Source: Oopsacas minuta (Eukaryota; Animalia; Porifera). From it: 64,000 nucleotides of DNA. Each line of letters begins with the position of its first letter. Positions within the stretch are counted from its first letter, which is position 1. The notes under the pieces were generated by a model that was not told the DNA's origin, made no database searches, and saw only the letters and a list, made by a program, of their open reading frames with translations. The position numbers and the translations under genes were made by a program. The stretch spans positions 15,698 through 79,697 of the forward strand of contig JAKMXF010000028.1 in the NCBI GenBank assembly GCA_024704765.1, given 5' to 3'. This document shows positions 38,212-50,607 of the stretch, in pieces.

Positions 38212-38641
38212 AATCTGTCAATCCAGATTTTGAAAGACTACAATCTACTCAGGCTTCTAGATTACAGGAAATACAGTTTATAGAAGATGAAAAGAAAAGA
38301 ATTCAATCTAAAATAGAAGCTATTGCATTAGGACAGCAAGAACAGAATAATACAATTATACACGATAACACATCTTATGTTAGTATTGTAATAATTCTTA
38401 TAATTGAGAAATCCTTTATTAGCAATTATTGAACTGTAAATGGTTTGCATAAATCCAAATTCAAGGAAATCCATGCAAATATGATTAGTCAATAGACAAA
38501 CTCATTTATACTTGATTTTCTTATCGCCATTTATTTGATTGGTATATTTAGAAAAAGCAGAAAAAAAGACGGAAGAAGAATTCGAGTTAAAGGAGAAGAA
38601 CCAAAACGGTTCATAACCAGAAGTCCCTGAAGTAGATATGG
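38212..38641 (+). pseudogene. Two orphan exons of an unidentified coiled-coil gene (mirrored at ~40450..40880, minus strand)
   Basis: AG|38212..38378|GTTAGT encodes ESVNPDFERLQSTQASRLQEIQFIEDEKKRIQSKIE; second AG|~38551..38641|GTAAGT is basic and contains stops. Confidence 0.6.
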
Positions 38642-40077
38642 AGTAAGTTTAATACGAATTTTCCTGATAAGACGAACAAATATTTACACAAAACCATTTG
38701 TTGTAATGGGCAATTTGGGTGTCAGAATTCACTGCAATAAATACGTTTACGATAATGATTTTCCTAGAAATTTTATCTATCGTACTCAGTTGATAGTTTA
38801 TTCATATTTGAATTATTTATCCTTTTCGGTATTTTTCTGAACCAACCTTAGAATGAGTCCAAGCTGCCTCCCGCTCCCTGCCTGTCTACTGACATCTGAC
38901 AAATTGCATAACAAAATTTCTACACATTATCCTCTTAATTAATGTTTGTACACTGTACAATCGGTTATCTGAACACCCTCGTATTAAATTCAAGATTTTT
39001 TCGGATTAGTTGAAACAAATCATACGAGTAGGAGGTCTGTTGCATGAGATATTGACCCCCTATAATAATGACTCCTTCATTGAATAAACCATGAATGCTA
39101 AAAGGGGTCATTATTCTACTCTAATTTTCGTGAGATATTGACCCCCTCTGATCACATTAAGCTACTGTCATCACTGGCTGACATTATCATATGACATCTA
39201 GAAAATAAATTGTTCATTAAACCACAAGAAGCACCGAAAGTTCAGTGTTTATTTCGTTGTTAATTTGATGACAAGTATCCCGCAATAATGAAGGATATAA
39301 AAATGCCGCGGAACCGAATTCAACATTCAATGTAATGGATTCAAATGACTATGATGAATTATATCAGTTCTACTATGCCAAAGTACCCTTAACACTTGGG
39401 AAATTGCAAGAATTTGAAGAGGAATTTTAGACAGAAGGCAGTGAAATTTCGCGTTGATGAAAACAAAGTACTTTATCAAGTAAGTGTTAGCAATATCAAT
39501 CAAGTTTAATAAAGTACAATATTTTCTGATTTTCACATTCTTATAGAAAGTCCACTTTCCAAAATTGTGAGGTTGTTTTTTACAATTTCCTCTAAAATCA
39601 CAAGTGCCAGATATCTTGAAGTTATATCACGACTCACATCATTCTAGAATAAACGCAACACTAACCAGTATTCGCAGGGAATATTACTGGATTGGGATGT
39701 GTGAGGAAGTTCGACTCTACTTAAGTAATTATTGAAATATTATTTGTATGAATACGCTACGTTTGATATATTAAACTATGATTTAGTAATGCTACGTATC
39801 ATTAACTAATCATTTTTTCTGTGGCAACTAATACTATTACATAGCAATACACCCCGAAAGTCTAAAACGAGTCCATGTGTTGGAGTCTCGATTATCCGAA
39901 CACCTTCGTCATACACTTTCCATTTTGGTGTTCGGATAACTAAAGTGGTGTATTTACTATATGAAATTGACAGCTCAGGTATAAGTAAATTGTGCATTTG
40001 TAATTTCGTATATTTGACTGCATACTTATTACAATTTTGACAAGTAGAATAAAGCATTTTGTTGAAGGTTTTTGTAG

Positions 40078-40230
40078 TTTTTCTCTGTGTAGCGTTTTCC
40101 TTAGAGGGAGGAGTCGTTTTGTTTTGAGCTGTAGAGCAGTGCCACATTCCTTCTGACTGCTATCTCCTGGTTTGGGCTTCTTCTTGTTCACTGGGAATAA
40201 TATCATTCGACCTTGATATTCCTTCAATCG
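40078..40230 (-). pseudogene. RPL13: Ribosomal protein eL13 exon fragment (51 codons)
   Basis: TTCCAG| acceptor followed by RLKEYQGRMILFPVNKKKPKPGDSSQKECGTALQL...REK, matching the eL13 RLKEY..KLILFP...K.GDSS..E...ATQL segment; similarity stops after REK. Confidence 0.8.
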
Positions 40231-40885
40231 CTGGAATAAATGGAAAATAACAAGTACAGTAGACTCTCGATTATCCCGCACTCGAGCCGGAAAAATATTT
40301 ACTTTTGAGAAAAATCATTGAAAATTGTCCAAATTTAGTCCGAGGAGGGAGCTTCAGACTCCTTTTGTACTAATTTATCAAATGATGTGGCGATGTTAAG
40401 TCAAGAAATATGTAGTCAAGTACAGTAGACTCCTTTCGTATTAAACTTACTCAATATCTACTTCAGGGACTTCTGGTTATAAACCGTTTTGGTTCTTCTC
40501 CTTTAACTCGATTCTTCTTCCGTCTATTTTTCTGCTTTTTCTAAATATACAATCAAATAAATAGCGATAAGATAATCAAGTACAAATGAGTTTGTCTATT
40601 GACTAATCGTATTTGCATGGATTTCCTTGAATTTGGATTTATGCAAACCATTTACAATTCAATAATTGCTAATAAAGGATTTCTCAATTATAAGAATTAT
40701 TACAATACTAACATAGGATGTGTTATCGTGTATAATTGTATTATTCTGTTCTTGCTGTCCTAATGCAATAGCTTCTAGTTTAGATTGAATTCTTTTCTTT
40801 TCATCTTCTATAAACTGTATTTCCTGTAATCTAGAAGCCTGAGTAGATTGTAGTCTTTCAAAATCTGGATTTACAGATTCTATAC

Positions 40886-41024
40886 CTAAGTTGACTAATT
40901 CATGAATTATTGAATAATTCATTATTCACTAGGTTAAAAATGAATAATTCATGAATAATTCAAAAGAACTATTCATGAATTATTCATTGTTCTTGAGGAT
41001 ATTTCTATGTATTAGTCAACTTAG
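40886..41024. mobile_element. 139-bp MITE with internal ATGAATTATT motifs
   Basis: Perfect 14-bp TIR CTAAGTTGACTAAT, 8-bp TSD TTCTATAC; empty site at ~38205..38213. Confidence 0.92.
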
Positions 41025-41807
41025 TTCTATACAGGGGAATAATTTTAGCAAAGCTTCTATATATTATAAATAGTAAAATGTCATATCCGAATGAAAGGTG
41101 TGACGGTCATTTCTTCGAACCTGCGAATTTATCAAGTTATTCACAACACGCTCGTCTCTTCAAAATTGAGCAGAAATCAGTAAATTAGTGTCAGGGTGAG
41201 GTAGGCAAATATGCAAAATTTTCACGTTTCTACTTTCGCTAAAAATATTCCTTAGCTGCAAATAACAAGAAATTTGTTATACAATACAACCTCTATAAAT
41301 GAAGGAGGTTGGGTCAGCAGATCTACAGATAACTCCAAATTGATTATTTCTAATGGAAAAATCCTTACGCTGAGATTTTGAAGTGGAAGAATATTGCCCG
41401 CTTAGAATTATAGAGGTTGCACTGTAACACATGGGTCTTTGTATATTCAATCATCTAAATATTGAGATTTCGCCCCCACCCCTTGTAACCGCCACTATTA
41501 GCTGTCCTATTCCTATATTCCTACTTATAATATAAATATATTAAATACCTGTAGAATGAGATTGTTGAAGCTGTGTTACTAAAATAGATTTATCTGTCAT
41601 ACTAAGTAATGTTTATGAAATATTTGAGTTATAAAGCTAATAACAAAAAAATTGAATAATTAAACTATCAAATGACGTAATTAGCAAGAATATAGAATAT
41701 AAGAAAATAGCATTAATATTACTATTAAAGGAATAGACAATAGTAAAGATACTAAAAGAAGCAAAAAAGAAGCAAAAAACGAGAAAAGTTCAAGGGAAAT
41801 GATAAAG

Positions 41808-43052
41808 TTAAAATATCTGTATAGCATGACTAGGATTACGAGATGCTACTACAAGCCTCCCTTCCTGGTTTATACATATTCCTCTGGGTTGGATAAACTC
41901 TCCTCTCTCTTGTCCTTCCTTTCCAATCTTGTGTAGTAATTCCCCTTCATGTGAAAACACACATAAACAATGAGCATCACAGTCAGGAATAAGAATATTA
42001 CCAGATTCATCCACGAATAAACGAACTGGCTTTATTACTAGTTTCCCTACTCCTTTAGTAATCATTTGACGAATTGATTCGTGAGCATAATTATAAATAA
42101 TCAAGCAAGGATCACTGCTACACAGGACAACAACCTCAGTAGAGGTTAGCTTAACATCTTTAGCTCCATAAATATCAGAAATGAAAGAATTAAATGACAG
42201 ATCTAAGTTCAAGCATTGAACTCGGTCATTATTGAATTCCGCAATATAAATGCTATTCTTATCAATAGAGATATCTATGCCTACTGGACCATCAAATTCT
42301 AATTCATTCTTTCCTTCACTACCGACAGAATGCAATAATTGTCCTCTCATAGAATATACGTTCATACAACAGCTAATATGCTGTGTTACATACAAATTGG
42401 CCTGTGCTATACAAATACCAGCTGGACAATCCATCTTGTGACCGAATAAGAATACAAAATCATAAGAACTATGAAATACCTGTACTCTATTCCATCCATA
42501 ATCACATATGTAGATAGAGTTAGTCACAGGATCTATAGCTATACTACTAGCATAATAAAACACACCAGATGATTTGTCCTTTTTACTATTTCTCCCAAAC
42601 ACCTCTATAGGTTGAGACATATTCTTGTAGTCTGGTGTCTTGCTCTTCCTGGGATTAAGTCGTAATCTACCAGTTTCTCCAAGTTTCTTCTCCAGCAACT
42701 CATCCCATTCCAAACCCACGTTTGTATAGGTAAGACGAACTGTCTCGAGTTTGCTCTCTAACTCTTTAATTCTTTCATCCATGAGAGCAACACTCTGATC
42801 TAGAACATCTTTCCCCGTGTTCCCTTTTAGAGTAGACAACAGTTCTTTGGAGGCCACCATTTGTTCCTTTTCCTCCTCTATTCCCTCTCCAGTATAATCA
42901 TCTAATAAGTCTTGTAATTGTGCTAAGAGGTCTTTCTCTCTGTCTTGCAGAACCTTGTGTGCCCTAATGAATCTCTCATTGATTTCTCTACGGACTCTCT
43001 CTACCTGAGATGGAAAACTCCCATCAAATTGAGCGGTGCTAACACTAGCCAT
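41808..43052 (-). CDS. Coiled-coil + NHL protein, copy 2 (414 aa)
   Basis: Intact ORF from the MASVSTAQ ATG at 43052, colinear with copy 1. Confidence 0.92.
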   Translation of the reverse strand: MASVSTAQFDGSFPSQVERVRREINERFIRAHKVLQDREKDLLAQLQDLLDDYTGEGIEEEKEQMVASKELLSTLKGNTGKDVLDQSVALMDERIKELESKLETVRLTYTNVGLEWDELLEKKLGETGRLRLNPRKSKTPDYKNMSQPIEVFGRNSKKDKSSGVFYYASSIAIDPVTNSIYICDYGWNRVQVFHSSYDFVFLFGHKMDCPAGICIAQANLYVTQHISCCMNVYSMRGQLLHSVGSEGKNELEFDGPVGIDISIDKNSIYIAEFNNDRVQCLNLDLSFNSFISDIYGAKDVKLTSTEVVVLCSSDPCLIIYNYAHESIRQMITKGVGKLVIKPVRLFVDESGNILIPDCDAHCLCVFSHEGELLHKIGKEGQERGEFIQPRGICINQEGRLVVASRNPSHAIQIF

Positions 43053-44641
43053 TATAGAAATCGCAAAAAATAATCTGAAAATACAATAAAAATTGGAAAA
43101 TATTAAATATAAACTTAACATAGAATTGGTTACAAACAGTATGGTTCTATAATAATAATTACTTTCAATGAAATCTGATATAAACTAAAATATCTAAAAT
43201 TACTTGTGCCGACAAATTTTCAATTAATTAAATTTGTTTGAATGGCACTTGTAATCGATCCTGTCGGGCTAAATATTTAGTGATTTTTGTCCGTATAACA
43301 CTGTATTATTTGGTTTGCTTTTTAGTTTGATCTCCTCCCAAACCCTAGTCTGCTAATACATTAGTTATCTGGAGTCTTCTGGCATATCGTCTGGTAAACT
43401 AGTTGAAAAAATAATTGTGAAAATTGGATAGCATTCTGGAAATAAGATTCCAAAAGCTATGCGCTTATTAAGGAAATCGAATTATAAATAACAACACATC
43501 CCTTTTGGAAACCAGTTATGAGGGGGAAGTTTGAACACCCAAATACCTCCTCTGGATATGCCACTGGCTATACTAAATGGTACTAAACCAGACAAATTCG
43601 GACTTGTAAATGATTTATATCTAGCTAGTATATGGATTGGAACTTGTGTTTAACATGTGAACACAAAGATAATTAAGGAATTACTTAAGGAAATAATTAT
43701 CTATTTTGCATCTACAAATACAAGATGTCAATCTAGGGAATTAGAGAAGTTGTGTGTAGATAATGAAGTTCTGACTAGAGAATTGGACAGATTCTGTCAC
43801 GGACAATTCTAAACTGTAATAATACTCCCACCCAACTCAACCAATGTCAAAAGAGGGAATTTTGTTATACATGAGTTCCACAATAGGCTCGTAGTCAGTA
43901 GCGTAACGACGGGGGGGCGGCATTTTGACATATTGGCCCACACAAATCTGATAAATTTCATGTAATCCCATGATAATTTATATCCGTTCTAACCAGGGTT
44001 GTCTCTTTAAGTTACTTCACCCATGTGATCGATAAGTTTGCGAGACTCAAAGCACATAAGATCAGGCTGTGAAGAAGAGCTACTAACGACCCGAAGCGGT
44101 AGTATTATTGTATTTTCGGTTAAAAGTTAAAACTTAAATGCGTAATCACATGTTATGTAAACAATAACCAAACATGGTAACTAATGAACCAGGGCAGGGG
44201 CAAGGGAATTTTCAAACAACACCCTTTTCAGGAGTTGTTTAAGATAACTACTCATAAAGTTACGTTTTATGGGGCGGCGTTTAGAGCATGTGCCCCCAGC
44301 GGCACTAGACATCGTTACGCCATTGCTCGTAGTGGCAGTTTTGATTTACAATATATATTCAATTACAAGTCCGAATTTGTCTCTTTTAGTAACATTTAGT
44401 ATAGCTATATACAATTTTCCATATCATGGGGAGGAGGTCAAACTAAAAGCAAACCAAATAATTCAGTGTTTTAGGAACAAAAATCACTGAAATATTCGTG
44501 ACAGACCTTTCATTAGAATTTACAGATTTCCCTAATATTGAATTCACTAATTATATTACACAAAATTGCATAACTCGACAGATAATAATTAATACTAAAC
44601 TAACTCAACAATTCTACTACAAATCCTAAGAACAATCTGTA

Positions 44642-45005
44642 TACGAGGGGTGCTCAATAAGTTTAGAGCCCGACTATGTTGCGAGCTCTTATATAAGTAA
44701 ACCATTACTTGTTTCGAATAAACATGGGATAAATATACTTCGCTGAAAATCTTGTATACTTTTCAGATAGCAGTAGTTGTATTATCTATGGATTCCTTAG
44801 TTACCAAATCCTCAATACAGTTATCAAGGCGTGATATTCTTGCGATAATACTTTTTCAGTTCCAACTTTTGCAAACAATAAAAGAATTTTACGAAAATTT
44901 CTGTACAGCCTTTCCAAATAACAAGGTATCTGCGGCAACAGTAAAAATATGGTACAGAGAATTTAAGTGTGGGAATTTTCATCTTGAAGACCAACCCCGC
45001 CCTGG
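44642..45005 (+). mobile_element. 5' fragment of a mariner element
   Basis: TACGAGGGGTGCTCAATAAGT terminus and HTH VSAATVKIWYREFKCGNFHLEDQPRPG. Confidence 0.75.
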
Positions 45006-45755
45006 ACCTGATATTTAACAATTTCTAAGGTGTATATTTAGCTAAAATGGATATTTAGTAGAATAATTAAATTAGTTTCAATAATTCACTGACATTAATT
45101 TGGTAAAATTTAAGTGCACAGATAGTGATTTGAGATTTCTACTTAAAGTACGGTAGAACTCGGCTTAAGACGCACTCTTGGTTAGTATAGTGGAACCTCG
45201 TTAATACGTACACCAAGGGACCGTCGAGATTTGTACTCCTTATCCGGAGTACGTATTAACTGGAGTAAAAACAATTGAATATCGATTGTATAGACTAAAA
45301 TTGTGTAAATTCTGTTCGTCTTAACCGGAAATTCATATTAAATGTATTCGTATTTACGCGGTTTCACTGTACGTACTTTTCTCGAACGGATCATAAATGT
45401 GTACTACATTAGAAACCGTTTTAGTGCAATTCTATAGGGAGATCCCCTGTGCGAATCCTGGCATTCGGATTACATGAAAATTGGTATACATATACTACAT
45501 TTCTGATGTTTTCTAAAGTGAATATTTCACACCTTTCTGCCATATAATTCAAAAATAATGCTAGAATGTTCGTTCTAACAGTTTGTATGGGGTAACTGAG
45601 TATGTAGTTTCCAGTTTTGCATTTTCAAATCTCTCCCTCAATGACAGGGTGGGTAATTGGAGGGGGGGCATGAACCCCCGAAAATAACACAAACAAATAT
45701 CCCTGAGCTTTACTACCAGCCTGTCATCTGGATATTTTTATTTTTTTCTATTTTG

Positions 45756-46590
45756 GTGAAAAGTTGCGATGTATGTCAGAAATTAGCAGATGTTAATACA
45801 AATCAAAATCGCTTACTTCAGCCAATACCACCCCCTGAAAGGCCATGGCAGCACATATGTGTTTAAGTTTGCGATATGCCCATTAGTACAGATGGTTATT
45901 GACACCTTTTAGTTGCGATATGCTATTTGTCGATATATGTCATTGCAAGGCCACTCAAGTCTAAGCGTTCCCGTAATGTGATAGACCAATTACGTAACAT
46001 TTATCTAACATTCGGAACGCCAGAAATAATATAACACGACCAGGGTCCTGAATTTAGGAATAAGGTTAGTCGCTAGCTTTGAGTAAATAATCAATGTTAT
46101 TTATTTCTATAATTTAGGAATTCCAACAGTTCCATCAAACATTAAAATAGATAACAGGTCGACTTCGGCTTATCATCCTCAGAGCAATGGCCTCGTGGAA
46201 GCCCACAATAAGATACTGAAAAGGTAATAGTCACATTTGTACAAATGGTTGATATTATCAGGTTCTAATACTAAGTTTATTATTTTTTAGAAAGATTGAT
46301 AAATTTCGATCCAACATAGATGTTGAATGGCCAGAAAGGATATACGAGGCATGCTTAGCAGCAAACACTCATCTTAAAAATGCTATTAAGACTACCCCAT
46401 TTCGACTAATGTTTGGCAGAGATTTTAATCCAGTGTACTTGTTTCAAACAAATAATATAGAAGTCGAAGTATATACTGATTCAAATTCAGAAGATGATGC
46501 CGTGATTGAACCGGAGACGCAAGAGAGCATTTTTGATCCATCTATTGATGCGAATGAGTGGATAGAGAAACAAACAAGTCCAAAGTAACA
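45756..46590 (+). mobile_element. Second, decayed intron-containing integrase (Ginger-like)
   Basis: CDVCQK, PIPPPERPWQHIC, HDQGPEFRNK|gt, TSAYHPQSNGLVEAHNK, TPFRLMFGR, with stops and two GT-AG introns. Confidence 0.75.
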
Positions 46591-47929
46591 TTTGTTTCGG
46601 AAATTATTGCCGCGGCAATCGCAGCGTCTCCAACACCTATACTGCATATTGTATATCACCTCCTACTAGTATTATATATTAACCAAAACCAAATACAATT
46701 CCTATGAGAAAAATTATAAAGTGACACACAAGTGGCAGAGGGTGTCAGATCAAAAATCGTGACCCTCAGTGCACAACGTACAGTAATTCTCCATGCATCC
46801 TGAAAGTATCAACCCTTAATCTATTATGGTTTTCGCAGTGCACATTCTACGGTAAATAAAGAAAAAAAATATGAAATTACAACTTGTGGCGACAACAAAA
46901 CTGTAACCGGGTTCTAGTACAGTAGAGCCTCGCTAATCCGAACACCCCTATACCACTCACCAAAATATTCTTTTGGATTAGTTAATTGCACTAAACTATA
47001 GATACATTCCAATGTTGAAAATGTTGTTAACACCTGAAATATCTGAAAAAATGAACCATTTAGTAGTTCATTACATTTTGAACATTTGAGATCATTATCA
47101 CAAAGTTATTTCGGATTTATGCTCTGTCTGGATTAGCGAGTGTGTCGTATGCTGTATCAGTAATTTGATGGGCTTCAACTAAGCTAGAATAACGTGTTTC
47201 AATAATTAACATCACGTAAGTACAACCATGTATTAACTTATCTTAATATCCTTAAGGTATCTTGTTACTTTATTGCAATAAATTTTGTATAAATTAAGAA
47301 TATGTACTTTCAATTGATATTTATTCTATAATAATTCTTCTTCGAACATTTGGTGATTCATAAGAGGTAAATGTATGTAAGTTTTAGCCAGTTCCCAAGC
47401 AAATTAAACACATATAAAGTTTGATTTGCTTGGCAACTGGATAAATATTATATTTATACAAGTATTAATAATATAAGAAATATAATAATAGTAATGTGCC
47501 CTCGCCTTCTTCTAAACCGTTTAGCGTTGGAAATTCTCAGAGATTTTGCTTGTTTTTTGTGCAGCTCCTATAAGGAGATCCCTAATGTTATGGACGATGT
47601 CGAAATGATACTAGAACTTTCGTTTCAAAGGCTAGATAGGGGTAATCGAGTATGTAGGTTCAAATTTTGACATTTTAAAATTTATGTCTACATTATTTAC
47701 ATGTGATTAGTCATATTTTCACACTTTTTGCATATTTTTTAAAAGGATGCTAGAAAATTCGTTTCCACGCTACTCAGCGTAATCGAGTATGTAGATTTCA
47801 AATTTCACATTTTCTAATATATATCTATATGATTTATCATATAATTAATCATATTTTCACACCTTTTGCATATAATTCAAAATGATGCTAGAATTTTAAC
47901 TGTTTCTCAGTAGTATTTAGGGAATTAGT

Positions 47930-48365
47930 ATCGTTCGATCGTTGATCGCACCATCACGATCGCGATCTGTTTTTGACGATCAGAGGATGATCGCCGATCA
48001 TTTTATAAACAGTGATCGAGTGTAAGATTCGGATAATTTTTTGCCGAAATATTTTCGATCATATTGTTGATCTTTAAGGCAGACAAAATTTGGAACTTTG
48101 TGAATCTAGACCCCAAAATGAAAATACAAATGTATTTGCTATTTTTCATGACAATCGGACTGGTATATTTCGGATGGCCGCCTGGACGGACGGACTGCCG
48201 CATGTAATAGAGCATCTCCCTATATGAAGTGCTTTTAAATTTCAGAAATGTGATCAGAAAAATGATTGTGATTGTGATTGTGATTGTGATCCTTTTGGTG
48301 CAAGGATCATAATCACGATCTCCGATCATTTTTTATTGAGCGATCGGGATTCGTGACCGCGATTA
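47930..48365. repeat. GATC-motif-dense segment with (GTGATT)n
   Basis: 16 GATC between 47937 and 48345. Confidence 0.8.
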
Positions 48366-49319
48366 TTAATTTGGTGTTCGACTAATGTGCTAAGAGTAGT
48401 CTACTATGTAGATACCAATTTTGACTTTTTCAAATCTCTCACTTAGTGATTAATCATATGATTAATCATATTTTCATATTTCAAATTGGTGCTAGATATT
48501 TCGTTTCAAAAAGTTAGACAAGGGGAATTTTAGGATGATTATTCGGAATCTTAACCATATGATTTGGGAAAACCATGAAGTACAGTATGGGACTATTAAT
48601 ATTGAATATAATGATAGTCAAAACTCTTGCTATTGTATTTAACCTGAAAAATTTCTTAGATCTAGGAGCCCAAAATCAGTTGGGATCTGGTGCATTGCGG
48701 TATCTACACTGGGGTGTCAGGGGGCGTGCCCCCTCTGAAAAGAACAAAAATAACTCTGAGCTGCACTACCAGTCTGTCGGCTGGTCAATTTTTATTTTTT
48801 TTGCCAAATTATTAGCAAAATCAAACATGGTTGAAAATGGAGAGGTGAAGAATTACTTTCCGTTTCGAATGGTGTGTAATCATGGTTTAAATATTCTTGC
48901 TAAAGGCCACAAAAGTTTGATAGGTGATAAATTGTCTTCCCTTTCGGTAAATTTGAGCTCATAACTTCATGTAGTTTGGCGCAGCAACAAAAATTAATAT
49001 TGGTAATAATTTAACTACCTGCTCACTAACTAGTAATCGGCACAGTACACAATCTAAGGCACCCATTTCAATGCTTGGATACTAAAGTATAGTCGACACA
49101 GTAAATCAATACGTACTGACTGATTTCGGGTATTGGCTGTAACATACATACAGTAGAACTCGCTAGTACGTACCCGGTTTAAGATGTACTTTTCTACAAA
49201 ACGGATTATCAATTCTTCTACTAATTGTATAGAAAGAATATTCGAATAAGACGTACTTCGGTTAGTACATACTAATTTTGTTTCCCGAGGTTGTACGCCT
49301 AATCTGAGTCCTACTGTAC

Positions 49320-49390
49320 CAAAGTTGGAATCGGGTCCACTTTTCAGAACCCGACCCTACCCGGGAAACCCGAATCCGATTCCAACTCTG
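49320..49390. mobile_element. 71-bp hairpin mini-element
   Basis: CAAAGTTGGAATCGG ... CCGATTCCAACTCTG with perfect 8-bp TSD TACTGTAC. Confidence 0.85.
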
Positions 49391-49638
49391 TACTGTACTT
49401 ATATAAACCCTTTTAGAACTGAGCCTCTATTCACTATACTATGTATATTGTAGTATAGTTAGCACAGTAAAATCGCAGATATTGGGGCAACGGGCTTCGA
49501 AGAGCGATTTAAGAAATTATGTTTAAAGTGCATTTAAGTTATAATACCGTCATTAGGATAGCTTTCGTGTTGTCCGTTGACACAGGAAAAATTCATGCAA
49601 TTCCTAATTTTATTAGCCTCCACTAGCTAACATCGAGG

Positions 49639-50607
49639 ATGAAATACTTTATTCTTCTCCTAAGTTTTTCTTTCTTTGAATTACTCCACGCTCAGTACTA
49701 CTACGGATGTAATACCTATTATTACTCGTCCTATAACAACGCACGCTGCTGCTACAAAATTGGTTATTATACATACAGCCAATATTATTATACCTACTGC
49801 CCTTACTACACGGCTACTACTGCTCCTCCAACTACAACTACATCTACTCCATCAACAACCTCCTGTTCTTATTACACATACAGCTACTATTACAGTAATG
49901 ACTGTTGTGTTTCCCTTGACGACTCATACTACTCATACTACTACTACTCATATTATTACTATTATAACTATAATACTTACTATACCTACTGTCCTTCCTC
50001 CAGCACTCTAGATTCAATCTGCGGTTCCAGCTGTTGTTCTGCAAATGTACCAGTGTACGCAAATTCTGATGTGTTCTATTACTCGACCTATCACTGTCCT
50101 TCCACCTCCTATACTGATTATTATTATTCTTCATATTGTGGAGTTAATTGTATTATGGCTATCGTGTTCAGCATATTTGGTTCTTGCTTCTGTCTATGTG
50201 GACTAGCATTCTCCATTGCTTTCTGTGTGTTGGTACATCTAATGGTGAAGAAGAAGAAGAGTAGATCTCAACCAATTAAAACTGTCCAAGCCCCTCTCCC
50301 TCAATCAGTTGCTCCCCCTACAGCTCAAAGAGGATTACAAGATAGCACCATGGAAATGAAGCAGCAGTTTAAACAAGAAACGCTTCCTCCTCAGATCCCT
50401 GGCTACACATACAATTCCAATCCAGCTAATACATTCGACACAGCTCCTTATCCTCCTCCAATGAATGCAGCCATGAATATACCTTCTAATCCAACGTATC
50501 TGCCGTCTCCCCAAATTGTGACTCATGGGATTAATCAACAACCTGTACACCTCCAACCAGTGAATGCTGTCCCTACTGATGATGGGACTTATACCTTCAT
50601 ACAATAA
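49639..50607 (+). CDS. Tyr/Cys-rich type I membrane protein (322 aa), Shisa-like topology
   Basis: Signal peptide, three C..CC..Y.CP modules, Thr/Pro linker, Cys-rich TM helix, KKKK stop-transfer, and Pro/Gln tail with NPTY and YTFI. Confidence 0.85.
   Translation: MKYFILLLSFSFFELLHAQYYYGCNTYYYSSYNNARCCYKIGYYTYSQYYYTYCPYYTATTAPPTTTTSTPSTTSCSYYTYSYYYSNDCCVSLDDSYYSYYYYSYYYYYNYNTYYTYCPSSSTLDSICGSSCCSANVPVYANSDVFYYSTYHCPSTSYTDYYYSSYCGVNCIMAIVFSIFGSCFCLCGLAFSIAFCVLVHLMVKKKKSRSQPIKTVQAPLPQSVAPPTAQRGLQDSTMEMKQQFKQETLPPQIPGYTYNSNPANTFDTAPYPPPMNAAMNIPSNPTYLPSPQIVTHGINQQPVHLQPVNAVPTDDGTYTFIQ

Larger units (their letters stand above)
30868..38657 (+). repeat. Left arm of a large inverted duplication (includes three later insertions)
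   Basis: Continuous reverse-complement match to 40436..43689 once the insertions at 31190, 31987 and 34219 are removed. Confidence 0.9.
40436..43689 (-). repeat. Right arm of the large inverted duplication
   Basis: Reverse complement of the left arm; spacer 38658..40435. Confidence 0.9.

Noticed and set aside
43053-43121. N-terminal extension of NHL copy 2 in the ORF track (437 aa)
   Set aside because: It is upstream intron/UTR sequence with a splice acceptor; copies 1 and 3 start at the MAS ATG.
49676-50604. Thr/Ile-rich and antisense ORFs overlapping the Tyr-rich gene
   Set aside because: Shadows of low-complexity TAC/TAT codons with no independent motifs.
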